From: Mactra antiquata
Lineage: Eukaryota
Assembly (NCBI GenBank): GCA_047288015.1
Contig: CM103819.1
Coordinates: 32,561,354 to 32,625,353 of the forward strand
DNA length: 64,000 nucleotides
Direction of reading: 5' to 3'
How positions within the stretch are numbered: position 1 is the first letter of the stretch; every line of letters starts with the position of its first letter. Both the position numbers and the translations under genes were made by a program. This document shows positions 24,494-37,035 of the stretch, piece after piece. Under the pieces are notes generated by a model. The model made no database searches and was not told the origin of the DNA. It saw nothing but the letters and a program-made list of their open reading frames with translations.

Positions 24494-25570
24494 TCATCTA
24501 ATGTTTGTATCCTCATCATCAAAACGGCGCATTAAAGTTTTAACATTTCCGTACAAACAATGCAAAGCTGAAGGGAAAGCACCTCGACCAAATGCTGTCT
24601 GTACATTCTTTCCTTCATGCTCTGATTCAAAGTGCACTTCATTAAAATTAGGATCAACACCTGCATTTAAAAGGACTACCATACAGGCAGCAATGTAAGG
24701 AAAAGTTCTTCCGAAGTCAGATGCTGGAGTATGACTTATAAGACTATAAAGAGGGTAAGTTCGAAAAGGAATAGCACAGACAGGATTTTGTTTATGTTTT
24801 AATAAAACTGATGTGACTGCCAAAAATGATTCGTACCATGTTTTCTTAAAAGAAAAACAATATGAATATAACACATGATACAAATTCATTCCACCGAACA
24901 ATGATGTAAGGGAAGTATTACACTTCAGAAGAACATCTAAACACTCAGCATTAGCTTGCTTTAAGGCTGTACCAATGGCTGATTTAATATCTTCACTAGA
25001 GGGTCTTTGTTTTAATAATAATCTCAAGGCACTAGAAGAACTACTGGCACAAGCTGCTGATAAATGATTATCACTTCCTTTAATTCCTAGTTTAGTTCTA
25101 ATTGAAGAAACATCTAGAATTGATCGAATACAATCTACATGACCACATTCACCCGCAACATCTAATGGAGTAACCATGCTTGTTTCACTTGTCAAATTCT
25201 GTGAACTTTCTGTTGGCTTCTTTACCCATTTGAATTTAGTTCTTGTAGTAGAATAATCCTGAGGGCGCTCTTGTAATATCATTACAGAAATTGATCTGTT
25301 GCCAAAGTTAGCAGCTAGATGAATGTATGGGTGGTATTTTGGCTCATGTGGTGGTTTGAACAAACCCATAGCAAAAATCATCCCCACTGCTTCAATATTG
25401 TTGGCCATGATGGCATGATGTAACACATCATAGCCGCCCTCATCAGTCCAGGCAAGCAAATACTTCCTTTCACATTTCTCAAGACATTGTCTTACACTAC
25501 TAACGTCCTCAGTTGTGAGAATTTTCTTATATAAAGTTTTCTTCAAGTCTTCTATTTTTGCTGCCATCAC
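24494..25570 (-). CDS. Ankyrin-repeat protein, the N-terminal 358 aa of an ASB-like (ankyrin repeat and SOCS box) gene. It ends at an in-frame TGA at 24494-24496.
   Basis: Ankyrin-repeat consensus segments are present ('GGYDVLHHAIMANNIEAVGMIFAMG', 'TPLDVAGECGHVDCIRSIL', 'LLNAGVDPNFN'). The continuous ORF is 1074 nt. Confidence 0.7.
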   Translation of the reverse strand: MMAAKIEDLKKTLYKKILTTEDVSSVRQCLEKCERKYLLAWTDEGGYDVLHHAIMANNIEAVGMIFAMGLFKPPHEPKYHPYIHLAANFGNRSISVMILQERPQDYSTTRTKFKWVKKPTESSQNLTSETSMVTPLDVAGECGHVDCIRSILDVSSIRTKLGIKGSDNHLSAACASSSSSALRLLLKQRPSSEDIKSAIGTALKQANAECLDVLLKCNTSLTSLFGGMNLYHVLYSYCFSFKKTWYESFLAVTSVLLKHKQNPVCAIPFRTYPLYSLISHTPASDFGRTFPYIAACMVVLLNAGVDPNFNEVHFESEHEGKNVQTAFGRGAFPSALHCLYGNVKTLMRRFDDEDTNIR

Positions 25571-26484
25571 AACACAATTACAATACTGGACGTATGCATC
25601 AGCTATTACTGCCTACTTTGTAAGCCTTTGGCATTATTTAATTGAAACCCCTGCATTGGTCGATAGCCGGATTGGTGAATAGCGTCATTGGTAACTGCAA
25701 CAAAATCGTTATTATTTTCAAATTTAGGTTTACACATGTAACAAAACAGGCATAAATCAATAGAAATGTCAATAATTGTGATTTTGCACGCTTAATTTTA
25801 CATGGTCTTAAGCTGAGTCAACAATTAATCACTTATTTTATTCCAAAATAAAATACTAAGGTCGTCTACGAATAAAAACGCTTGAACATCAATAATTCAA
25901 TAAGCGTCCAGTGATTACTTCCTGGTGATATTGGTTGCGACAAAAACTTCTGTCATCCGGTACATGTCCGTTCCGTTACCTTACGGGTACTTCGTCAGGT
26001 ACGCGTTGTAGATAAACACCATTCTTATTTTCTAGTAGGTCCCTTATCAATACGATTGCTACGCACAATTTATTTAAAAATCGCTATAAAATGAATCATT
26101 TTGGTTTCTTCTTTTCGTGAGAGCATAACATGAACTTCGTTCTTTTTTCTTCCAAGTTATTAGTATAAAACATGTACAAAAAGGTCATTGAAGTGAACAA
26201 TCAAGGATTCAAGATTTATATAATCCCTTATATAATGTCCGTTTACATATGTACTGCACTAATATTTCGTTTCGATTAGTGTGGATAAAGGGAGATAATC
26301 AATACAATGCTATTTATTTATTTTGTGCGTATACCTTGTACACCTCTTCTATGAGTATGTATTTATATACATGTATATGTATGTATAAGTATCTATGTAT
26401 ATACATCTTCTTGCATTGACATGTCAATTGTATATAATTATGCCGCATGGGTCTATGACCTTCCGGTTTGAAGTGAAATAAACT

Positions 26485-26575
26485 TGTTAATCTTGCAAAC
26501 TTGTAAACTTGTTAAACTTGTAAACTTGTTAAACTTGTAAACTTGTGAACTTGTTAAACTTGTTATGTATCAGCA
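26485..26575. repeat. Minisatellite with an 11-12 bp unit (AAACTTGT TAAACTTGTA)n
   Basis: 'aaacttgttaatcttgcaaacttgtaaacttgttaaacttgtaaacttgttaaacttgtaaacttgtgaacttgttaaacttgtt'. Confidence 0.9.
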
Positions 26576-27984
26576 GTGACGTATCTATTCTAAGCCACAT
26601 CATGTACCCTATATACGTTTATATAGGGTCCTTGGCCACATGAAGGTACGCAACTCAATATTAATTTAGTGCAGGGCCGGATCCAGAAGGTTGCTGGGTG
26701 GGGGGGCACAATTCTTGTGGGTTCAGATAGGGTAAATAATTGCTTCCCAATTATACACAATATTATCCCTTTACCGTTTTTAGACGCGTTTTGACGCGTC
26801 CCCCCCCCACCAATGGCCTCTCATGGGCTTAAACAAACTGATTTTAAGCAGGATTTGGTTGATTTCACATGAGGAAAGTTGGATAAAAAATGATATTTTT
26901 TCGCGCGCCTCCCCCATCAAAATATATGCTCAGGGGGTCCCTCTGTTGCTGGGGTTTGGCGCCCCTCATCGCCAGCTAAAAAAATGGGGTCACTGAGTGC
27001 AGGAAAATGGCCCAAAATGGTGTTCGGGTGTATGTTTTTAGGTTCTGAAAAGAACTACCACATTAGGGATTATTTTTGGGAAAGTACCAGCGCCTGAAGG
27101 GCCAATTTGAAGTTAAAAATATTGAAAATTGCATTTTTCGGCCATTTTCCTCCTCCCCAACGTTACCATGGCAACAGAAATTTAGGTTCAAATGGCTTTT
27201 TCTGAAAGACATTTGTCCTTGGAACAATTTGGCCAAGTTGTATTCCTGTCACACTAATAGTGATGAAATAAGAGCATCTTCAAATTGCCCTACCGCGTTA
27301 ATCTGGAAAAATGGCTATTTTCTGTCCAAGTGAAAATCACTAAAGGGATAAATAACATACAAAATTATATAATTAACTACATGTATATACATAGTTTTCT
27401 TTAATTGCTTCTTTTATAAATATCTATATATGTACAGTACATATACAAATGCATTAAATATTTTAACCAGAATGTGTTTATCATTTGCATTTGAAGCATT
27501 CTCGGAACCCAGAGATTATCAAAACGTAGTCGATCTGGAATCGTTTACCTTCTAGCCTCTGACTTGTGAGTATGCATTTGAAGCAATGCTTGGAAATGTG
27601 AATCACTCCTCAGTTCATGATTGATTCAACAAAGGGAAATAACCGCTGCGGGGCGTTTGTTGGTCTGTATTACGTAATTATAGATGCTGATCAGCGTGAC
27701 TATAGGTTTGAATATATTGACCCCTTGATCTATATATATTACGTAATATCAAGCAACAGTTAAACAAATTATCGATCGTACAGGCACGATTACCATGACT
27801 ATTAATTTAATAGGTGATTTGACTTAGATCATTCTGGATTAGTATTTTTATGATACGAAAATATGGTTATTGGGCCGATATCTGTGGGACCAGGTGGGGG
27901 GGGGGGTACGTGCCCCCTGTGCCCCCGGTGAATCCGGGCCTGTAGTGTTCGTACAAAACTACGATACACATAGGGTAAAATCAT

Positions 27985-28400
27985 AGATAACCCGCATAAC
28001 CCCATTCCCACTAGTCAGAGTCTAGAAGGTAAACGATTCTGCATTAGATCGACTAAATTTGTATGTCTTGATAATCTCTGGATTGATTGATTGATCGACC
28101 GACCGACCGACCGACCGACCGACCGATTGACCAACTGCCTGCCTGCCTGCCTGCCTACATGTACCTCCTCCCGGCTGGTCGGCCGGCCAACCGACCTACC
28201 TACCTACAGATCCACCCAGATTATATGTACTCTATGGGCGCGTTCGATTGGCTGTACTGAACTTGTGCAGAACATGTTCTTGAATCGAAAGCTCCGGAAC
28301 AGGAAATTGTAAAACAAGCATGGCGTCGAGGAGCTTGGTTGCAACACAAATCTGCCTTACAAACAAATTTAAGCCCCCCCCCCCTCTCATCTGATAATGC
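27985..28400. repeat. Dispersed repeat carrying a microsatellite (pearl-like), with the compound microsatellite (GATT)3(GACC)7..(CTGC)5..(ACCT)n at 28080-28215
   Basis: The left part 'gtcagagtctagaaggtaaacgattct..gtcttgataatctctgg' recurs at 36545-36600 and 20585-20640. The right part '..ctcatctgataatgcttcctacgcc' recurs at 2105-2125. Poly-C runs lie at 28370-28385. Confidence 0.6.
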
Positions 28401-29329
28401 TTCCTACGCCATGATTCATTATCATTCAATTCATTAAAATGAAACTCCTGTGATAGTTAATGGCCAATATTTTATACTGAACATAAATTTTCAAAATGAC
28501 TATTGAAATATGTTATCATTTTCTTAAAATTCATTAAAATGTGTAAAACCAGGAGCACTGACTATAGATATTATTTATCTACTATGCCAAGGCTATTTGT
28601 AAACGTGTCAATCATTTTTTTCAAAAATCAATTATTTTGAAATGCTATCCACACCACAATGTAAAAGAAAAACAATTCAACATGTTTTCTCCACTTCTTC
28701 GTATATGATAATATTTTCGACACGCTTTTGTCCGTCCTCTGTCTTCTCCGCGTAATGACATCACTGTTCTCGCTACACCACTTCTTTTGCCGGCACAATA
28801 AAAACATGCCCGGGACAGTGTTCCTGTTCACTCGATTGATTTTTTCCCAGTCCGGAACGTTCCGCACAGCGAATCGAATACGCCCTATGATTAGACAATA
28901 AAATATTTAGCAACATTTAAACATTAGTAAAATTATCCAATGCATGAAAACTTAAATCTTGACTTTATATAAATATGAAACAACCTTGATAGAGATTTTT
29001 TGCAATTGTTCAACTAACATCCCAGGAATGAGTGATAAACAAACATATCCGGGTGGCTGTATTCACAGCATGGGTGTGAGGTTTCAATATTCGACAATGA
29101 CCTCAATTTTACCTTTTGAAAGATATATTAAGTTACATTCGACGAGGCGAAGAAAATCGTGATTCATTGGAAAAGAAATGTTTCCAATTATTGTTCGATC
29201 AGCCAGGCATGACAAATAAATATTATATTTCTAAACATGCTTGGTTGATTTTCTAGTTTAAAGTCAAGGGCGTACTTAGACTTATTCATGTCGATACAGA
29301 CGTACTTTTAAATGAGAAGTTGTTTATTT

Positions 29330-29600
29330 ATTCATTTCCTTTATTTATTTGGATTTTACACCGTTTATCAACACTTCAAATTTTTTTTTTGTTATTTACG
29401 GAGACCGACTCACCTAATCAGCTTTTTTTGACTATATTCTTTTACCAGTACTCACCCTTCCACAAGAAGCCGTATTTATCCGTATACAAAGAAAAACAGA
29501 CATGTCATGGAAGGGAATGACCTGCCGCGGCCAGGAATCAAAAACGGATCACCGGCTTCGAAGTCGAGTGTGCTACCACGGCACCGAAACCGCGTACCAA
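29330..29600 (-). mobile_element. SINE family D-like copy, with the tRNA-like head at the 29600 end
   Basis: The reverse complement begins 'ggtacgcggtttcggtgccgtggtagcacactcgacttcgaagccggtgatccg..' and continues '..cttgtggaagggtgagtactggtaaaag..ggtgagtcggtctccgtaaataac aaaaaaaaaaa..ttgataaacggtgtaaaatccaaataaa'. Confidence 0.55.
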
Positions 29601-30626
29601 TGAGAAGTTATTGGAAAAGACAATGTATTATAACATGTATACAAATACTGTACACTTTCTAAACCAATTAATTTAGAAACTAAAAAATACACAAATACTT
29701 TTTCATTTTACAGAGCATGTATTTAAGAGTCTTTTAACTCGTCTGCCCATATTTGCTAAGCTAGATAAGACTGGATAAAATTATGCACTGAGGTCGGATT
29801 TATGTACGGTGCATACCGTTCCGTGTTTTGGCTCAATTAACATATTCATATATGGACGTGTATGCAGTATATTCATAGATGCCTTTAAGGTGTCACATAG
29901 ACTTACATGAGTCTGAACTTAGTTTCTGAGATGTATCAATCTATAAACGTAGCTGAGTAATATGTCACATGCATTTATTTGTCTTCAAGTTGAATTTTAT
30001 ACATCTGCTACATAAATAGTCAGATAATATTCCCTACATCATGAACGAGTTTTGCGAAATCTGCCTCGAGCAAAGCTTGGTGTGCAGGTCACATGTCTGT
30101 TAAATCAATGGAACTTTTTTCGTACGAAATAGAATTAGTTTAATGCAAACTCTATACATTCCTATAAGGCTGCATGAAGTGGCATTGCTATATATGCAAA
30201 TCAAAATAGGCTACATACAAATCATCACAGTGAAATTGGGTAGCAGTTGTGTACGCCCATGGATGAAAATTTACCTTCATCATTTGTAATGGTTCTGATT
30301 GGCTACCCGATGTCTTGACGTCGACTCTCTCCCTCGCATCATTAACTCCATTTATTTTTACTTCGTTCGTGATTTATATATTAAAATGTTAAAAATATAA
30401 ACGACATTATAGGCATATCTACCTGTGATAACATAGGAGTCGGTGTACTGTTAAATGCATTTACATTTAATACACTATATGCTATATCTAGATTTTAATT
30501 TGCATTTTACTTGTCGGGAAATGACAGTTGGGAATGAAACTAGATTTTGATGTACAATTGTTTAACATAATACACATATATAATTATTAAACAATTAATA
30601 TTAGGAAGAAGCAAATACAATACAAA

Positions 30627-30690
30627 ATGAGATTTTTACAGAATATAATGTTTATACTGTGTTTAAGGATTCTTTCATGTTCCGGAATAG
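30627..30690 (+). CDS. Exon 1 (signal peptide MRFLQNIMFILCLRILSCSGI, plus one base of the next codon) of a novel type I membrane-protein gene. Donor atag|gtaagt.
   Basis: ATG at 30627. The N-terminus is hydrophobic and signal-peptide-like. A canonical donor sits at 30691. It splices in phase 1 into the exon at 31783. Confidence 0.55.
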
Positions 30691-30749
30691 GTAAGTGTTT
30701 GTTTAACTTTTGAATATTTCTTGTACATGAAACCCACCGGACTAGGTAT

Positions 30750-30960
30750 ACATGTACCCTTTCATGAAAATTCGACATTAATATCAATTTTCCTCCATTA
30801 ATAATGTTTATGGAGGAGTTGTCGGCCTTGTGGAATGGTAGGTGAGTACTGGTTATAGACAAGGGTCCGGGTCCAGGAAAGCTAGGTTAGGTGAGCTGGC
30901 CGCCGTAAAATGGCCCGGGTAATTTGTGTTAACACGGCGTTAAACCCAACGTCAAAAATC
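30750..30960 (+). mobile_element. SINE family D, 5'-truncated, in intron 1 of the membrane-protein gene
   Basis: '..ttgtcggccttgtggaatggtaggtgagtactggttatagacaagggtccgggtccaggaaagctaggttaggtgagctggccgccgtaaaatgg..tgttaacacggcgttaaacccaacgtcaaaaatc'. Confidence 0.7.
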
Positions 30961-31782
30961 TCGATAGTTATACCAGTTCTATCAACTTAGATTGAACATC
31001 CTCGAGCCCGCTTACTGGTCAACCAGTACTTACGCAATTAGGATAAAATCTCAAGGACGCGAAGATGATTTACAAAGATTACTAAATCTGCGTTGTAACC
31101 AATCGCCGGCGTATATGCATGATATTACTAGTATATTTTTTGAGAACTCGGTAGTCATTTTCTGTTATAAGAACACATTTTGTTTCAAATCAAATTATCA
31201 CTTTATAATATGTTTTAATTGTTATTTTTGTTCAATACCTAGTCTGAAAATTAATTAATTCAGACGAGGTATAGTCCGATTTTATTCCGTGAGCCGCGAA
31301 GATTGGGAAAGTCTAATCATTATTGTGACGAGAGGTATAATCCGTGCTAAAACAGCATTGCAAACCTATTCCATTTGCTAACTTAATACACGTTTGTGTT
31401 ACCTTTATTAGGAATGTTCCAAAAATCTATAAATACAAAAGTACAGCATTTTCCGTACTAAAGATAGTAAAAAATATGAATTTCAGACAGTAAAGATACA
31501 TTCGTGGACCTTGCTATTCCAATCTCTTAGTCTGTCAATAAAGACACAGTTTCCTGTGACTAGATAAAAAGATAGGACTTTTGTCAAGCTCTAAGTGATT
31601 ATGACGTCATTTTACAGTCAAGTGAAAGCGATTCACTGATTGATGAGGTTGATTAACGCTGACATAAGAGTCAATGCTGTACCGTCAGATCGTTTATCGG
31701 TAACGTACTTAAGATCTTATTTTAATGAGATTTGTATTCATTCAGCTTGCCATTTTCCTGACATCACTTTTTATCGTTTCAG

Positions 31783-32148
31783 AGATTGTTTTCGATTTCT
31801 GTAAACATAATTTTGTGTACACAAACATTGAAACATTGATACTAAATGGCACAACTGCAGTTCAAACCAAGGTACCAATAAGCTGCAGTTGTACAGTCAC
31901 TCAAAAGAGTCAGGTCTATCAAGAGATAACAGTAACAAGACACTCGCACTCAGCACTCCATGTGTGTAATACTGTGTTAGAGCTAACTTCAACTGATGGC
32001 AGCCCTATGGAAACTATGACCTGTGACACTACACATAAAATTTTCTCCTATAGCGATTTAAAGGACGGTTTGGTCTTTAACCTCCGCTTTACACCTGAAG
32101 ACAGGACCTCGATATCTACCGACACCTTTCATGTGAGCGTGAAACCAG
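31783..32148 (+). CDS. Exon 2 of the membrane-protein gene: a cysteine-containing ectodomain (EIVFDFCKHNFVY...SCSCTVTQKSQ...HVCNTVLELTSTDGSPMETMTCDTTHKIF...FHVSVKP)
   Basis: Acceptor tcgtttcag|AG at 31781-82 and donor CCAG|gtaggc at 32149. The exon is phase 1 at both ends, consistent with its neighbours. It has 6 Cys and an NGT sequon. Confidence 0.6.
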
Positions 32149-32199
32149 GTAGGCATATAATACGAATTAAGTGTATGTTTTCTTATTCAACTGCAAGAA

Positions 32200-32425
32200 T
32201 GTAGCCGCGGTCGTGGCACAGTATTCTGTACGCCAAACATCGAATCCGGCGGTCGAGGTTTGACTTCTGATCAGACAGTTAGCAGCAGGTAATTCCCTTC
32301 CATTACACTTCGACATTTATGTCGATTTTTCTGCATGTAGGAAGGAGTTGTCGGTTCCTTGTGGGAGGGTTAACGAGTACTGGGTAAAGAGTCATTGAAT
32401 GCTGGGTAGGTGATTCTGCGGCCGT
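32200..32425 (+). mobile_element. SINE family D-like, with a tRNA-like head and body, about 50 bp downstream of the exon 2 donor
   Basis: Head 'gccgcggtcgtggcacagtattctgtacgccaaacatcgaatccggcggtcgaggtttgac..'. Body '..gtaggaaggagttgtcggttccttgtgggagggttaacgagtactgggtaaag..gcggccgtaaaaaaa'. Confidence 0.55.
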
Positions 32426-33015
32426 AAAAAAACTGATAATATTTCTAAGTGAAATTTAATTAAAACCGTAAGTAGAGTTAAAGGTCAATACTAAAACTTA
32501 TGCAATGTTAACACAAGCTGGTTTAGATTGGGTCTTATGGCAGATGAAACAATCTCTTAAGTAGTTTTAAGCTAAAAGAAGTTTTGTTGAATGTTTATTT
32601 AGCGTAAGCAGAGCAATGAATATGCCAAGTTCTTATAAAGTGTCCCCCCACCCTTTAAGGAATGACATCTTTGTTGACTTTAAACTTTAGAAAGCAAAAT
32701 AAATTGAGAAAGTTAGTTTTTAAAACGATTGTTATAGTTTTTCGACTTTATGATTGTAAGACTGATCTCTGCAAATGAATACATATTTTGGAGTTTTTTT
32801 AATACCGATCTGTTTCATTTAAAAGGGAATGAAAAGTTGTCATTAAAACTTGCAATCAAAGCTTACATTTTTGTATTTCAGTATATCAAACTGCTGTTAA
32901 AACTAATATTTTGGTCTATCCTATAGACGTAAACCTGGAATCATCCCTCAGCAGTGATTTTACTTATAAAATTCTTTTGACAAACTTCTTGATTGACTAA
33001 CTCAGGACATATTTA

Positions 33016-33300
33016 GTCCGCCCGGTTACCTCAGCCGATAGCGCGTCTGTCTACCGATATAGGGGTCGCGGGCGTTCAGTTCGGGGACGGAACCTACATA
33101 CCTGATACCGCTGTATCAAGTAGGGCAGTTCCTACCGCTGTATCAAATAGGGCAGTTGTCAGCCACTGGCGAAGATATACATATACGTGCTTAGTACTGG
33201 TTAAAAGTTTAGGTATAAAGATCTAAGCCTCTCCAGGGACAGTGAGTAGATCACTTGAACGCAGTGATATGTAAAACACCATAAATTACAAAAATTACGG
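33016..33300 (+). mobile_element. tRNA-derived SINE, subfamily B
   Basis: Head 'gtccgcccggttacctcagccgatagcgcgtctgtctaccgatataggggtcgcgggcgttcagttcgg'. Body '..cagccactggcgaagatatacatatacgtgcttagtactggttaaaag..'. Confidence 0.75.
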
Positions 33301-34189
33301 AATTGTCAGTACGCTTTTAGTCACATACTTTTTGTGAACGTTTATAAATATAATGTTGACACTTGTCACAAGACACAAGATGTCTGGTTTACATTTGAAA
33401 TATTTATAGTCTAATTAACATAATTAGAGCATTTTGAATAATTAATATGAATAATCCATTCCTCTTGCACATGATACAAAATTAATCATTCGTGGCCATT
33501 GAAATAATCAAACTGTATACAAATAATGATACTTTGAACATTTCATTTGCAGATTTTTAGGGACAACATTAAAATTGTTATATTGTCATATGAAAGAGGG
33601 ATACAATTTACATCGGTGTATCAAATAATTTTGCAATCGGGAGTTATATAAAATGAATCTTATCCACGCAAGATGATTAAATTACTGTAATGAATAAAAT
33701 AGTTTCTGTTATACGTACATGTATAACAGATAAAAACATGGACGGAATCAAACCAATCTCCGTTAACAGATATCCTAAAACTACTGTCATAGGTAGTAAA
33801 ATAAGCGAGTGCGCGAGCGGAGAATTTTAGATTGGTGTTTTAATTAGATTGGGATCAAACTGATCTAAATCTATTTAAAAGAGGTATTAATAGTTTAGGT
33901 CCATTACTTATAATAAATTATTCCAAATTTCAGTAAGCTTTGAGAAATGAAAAAATCGCACTTCATATTTCAAAATAAAATTCATGTATATTTTTTTAGA
34001 TTTTTTAAAAATAGGGAATAAAGATTCCTGTTGATTTCATCTAAATACATGTAAACAGAATAAACTAAATAGATCCTATAAATCTGAGATATCACACTCT
34101 ATGTTATAGACCTACTGTAGTAGTAAACTTTCTGGTTCAATCCAAAATGCACTTCAAAGTGCACGTCTTTTTATTAGTATTATTATACA

Positions 34190-34400
34190 AATTCATTTTA
34201 CCTCCATTGTGAAACAAGTTCTAACAACTTAGATTAATCACTCTCGAACCCGCTTCTCGGTCCCCCAGTACTAAGCAATTAGGATAAAGTTTCTCATGGA
34301 AACAACGAGGTGGGTTTTGGGTGTGATTTGAACCAACGCGGAGCTGGCTTTCCAATGATTACCAGTCCAACGTCGTAACCACTCAGCCACTCCCGGACAC
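34190..34400 (-). mobile_element. SINE family C, full copy in minus orientation
   Basis: The plus-strand sequence 'ccattgtgaaacaagttctaacaacttagattaatcactctcgaacccgcttctcggtcccccagtactaagcaattaggataaag..ccaacgcggagctggctttccaatgattaccagtccaacgtcgtaaccactcagccactccc' is the reverse complement of 16969-17125. Partial copies are at 30960-31060 and 39180-39250. Confidence 0.65.
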
Positions 34401-35716
34401 CTAGTGCACATCATGTATGGATGTAGTGCACTTGAAGTGCACTTTGTGTAAACTTTAGTGCGAATCCAATTGTGTACCAGAAAAGCATTGACAGTGACAA
34501 ATGCATTCTATAATTGCTAGCGAAACTGTGGCCGTTCTGTTATCGATTATCGTGTCGTATTGAAAGTTTATTTTGGGCGTCGGCAAATTTCCGATAATTG
34601 GTTCATCTCTAAAGTCGCCGTTTAAAATCTACCTCAACTAGTATTTATATGCTGACATCCGTACTAAGTGGTTAAAGTATCGTAGCAACCAAAAACTCCG
34701 TTTAAAAACTGATTTTTGTAAATAATTGAAGTACAATAAGCTTGTGACATGAAAATAAAGATGTTGAAAAGCCCTGAAGGTTATAATTGAATATAAATTG
34801 TGATGGTATCAACTTGATATTTCAAAGTTATTCAACCAAACAACGATATAATCTTACCTTTATACCTACAGTATATACTGTTGTAGTCCACCGACAATTA
34901 AGTGACTGGTTATTATGACTATTGCACCGTTGTTATTGATGGGAATAAATTATTAAACAATATTCATCAGCTAATTTTATTTTACGTTAAAGCGACTCAT
35001 TCACAGTTTTCAACTTAAATATCAACTTTTCTAAAACTCTCAATTTTTTTTTATTTGAATAGAAACATTTTTGAAACAATAAAGCAGTGTTCTGATAATG
35101 ACAATTTGAGTGCAAATTGGCATACAGCTGTAAAATATGGTGATTTTATACATAAAAACCTACCCCGTTAGTAACGGTATAGATTTTTCAAGGCATTTTT
35201 GTGACATTTATCCTATATTTCTCACAATCTATAGGTCAGTTTGTCCTAGGACACTAAGAATTCATTTTTTAACACAATTACTAATACGGACAGATAATTT
35301 TTAAATATCAAAAAAAAAATAACCAAATCTGTGAACGAGTGAATTTAAGCTACACAATGTATGGTCGAGTGGTTAAAACCACGTGATTCATTTTAATCTA
35401 TGATTTGTTATTGAATATATGTTTATAAGCTTAATTCAGCTTATCGTCTTTGGACTTGAGTACATATGTATACATAAAGAAATGTATGTTGTGTTTTTGT
35501 GGCTATAGAGCGGAACACGGTCAGTTTGAATTAATCTACGCTATATGTATATTTGTGCAGTTAGATAAAATTATTTACATTGGATTTTTTCTGATTTGCA
35601 TATAAAAATGTTGGCCTTCAACAGCGTGTTTGTAAACAAAGTTTTATTTTATTCTGTAAATTGAAGAGTTGTAAAGTATTTAGTTAATGTTTTAATTTTT
35701 TTGCACACGTACGCAT

Positions 35717-35774
35717 CATTCGGAACACTACTTGGGTGATTCCGTAAGTTAGGAATGCCGAAGCGTTCCGAATG
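35717..35774. mobile_element. Collapsed 58-bp mini-copy of the CATTCGGAAC MITE. Only the two terminal inverted repeats remain, flanked by a target-site duplication of roughly ACGTAC(g/a)C.
   Basis: 'cattcggaacactacttgggtgattccgtaagttaggaatgccgaagcgttccgaatg'. Confidence 0.5.
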
Positions 35775-36291
35775 ACGTACACGTGGATGGGCTCAGGATT
35801 TTTCCAGGATTGTCAATTCGAGACTTACCCAGAAGGGGTCCGGAAAGGAAAATGATCATTTTTAACCCCAAAACCTAATGTGCATTTAAAAATTCTTTAT
35901 TTTGTTTATGTGCAGTCGAATACAAATTTGCGACTTATATTCAAATTTATCTGTCTCGATTCATTTGCCAAAAACAGGGACTTTGTTATGTTATAAAGTC
36001 CCTGGTCGTACTATTCTTCACATCTTGGATGCTTGAAAAGGGAGGGATTTTTGCTAATGTAATAATAACTTGTGGCCCAACCCTATTGCTAATGTCATCT
36101 TTATTATGTAATTATTTATACACTTAATCTACTTTGACTTGAAAAATACTTGTATTTATGATAGTTTAATTTGTGTGTATTATGAAAACATTATGAAATA
36201 AAATATTAATCTCAATCTAATCTATACAATCATGTAGACATATATATTTGTTATATTTTGAGAAACATAGAAAGTACGATTTACTTTTCAG

Positions 36292-36468
36292 ATAGCCCAA
36301 CTCTAATGCAAGTTGATTGTAAACCAGGTATTATTATTGAAGAAGCCCCAGTAGACATGATGGAATCAGCTACGTCAACATCATCTCCTACGTTATCATC
36401 TACGTCATCGTCCACTGTATCCAGTACAACATTACGTATTCCTGCTTCGTCTAGTTCTAATCACACAG
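36292..36468 (+). CDS. Exon 3 of the membrane-protein gene: a Ser/Thr-rich, mucin-like stalk (..DCKPGIIIEEAPVDMMESATSTSSPTLSSTSSSTVSSTTLRIPASSSSNHT)
   Basis: Acceptor ttttcag|AT at 36289-91 and donor ACAG|gtaagt at 36469. The exon is phase 1 at both ends and has a low-complexity S/T composition. Confidence 0.55.
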
Positions 36469-37035
36469 GTAAGTTTTGTTTTAAAAGAAGAAAGCCATAG
36501 GCAGACCAAGCGAAGGTCAATTTAGTCTGGAGCATTCTCATAAGTCAGAGTCTAGAAGGTAAACGATTCTAGATCGACTATGTCTTGATAATCTCTGGGT
36601 TTCGAGAATGGTCTGGGGATCCCGCCATGAAAATATACGGCGGTATTTTAAAACATTTTAAGACATAGTGAACATTGGAAATGAGATAACAATACAATAA
36701 TGAATACGGGCTGGAGACCATGCAATATAGTAAGCTAAATGCCACTTTAGACTTTCCGTGCGATAGCACATTAGGTATACCATGTTTTGAAATCTATCGA
36801 TGAAGCTAAGGCTGACCAGTTTAACCTTGTGTACTAATATGAGGCGCTTGATGGGTGGCCAAGCAATCGCATATTATCTCATGCATGCTATTCTCACTAT
36901 AGCTGTCAAAACAAATATATGCATTCAACATTTTGTTTGAATGGAGAGAAAAATCATTCCGATATAGGAAATAATCATGTACCTGAGAACTTTGATAATC
37001 TAACCCTTAGGCGCCCCTACCTTCCATAAGAAGAT

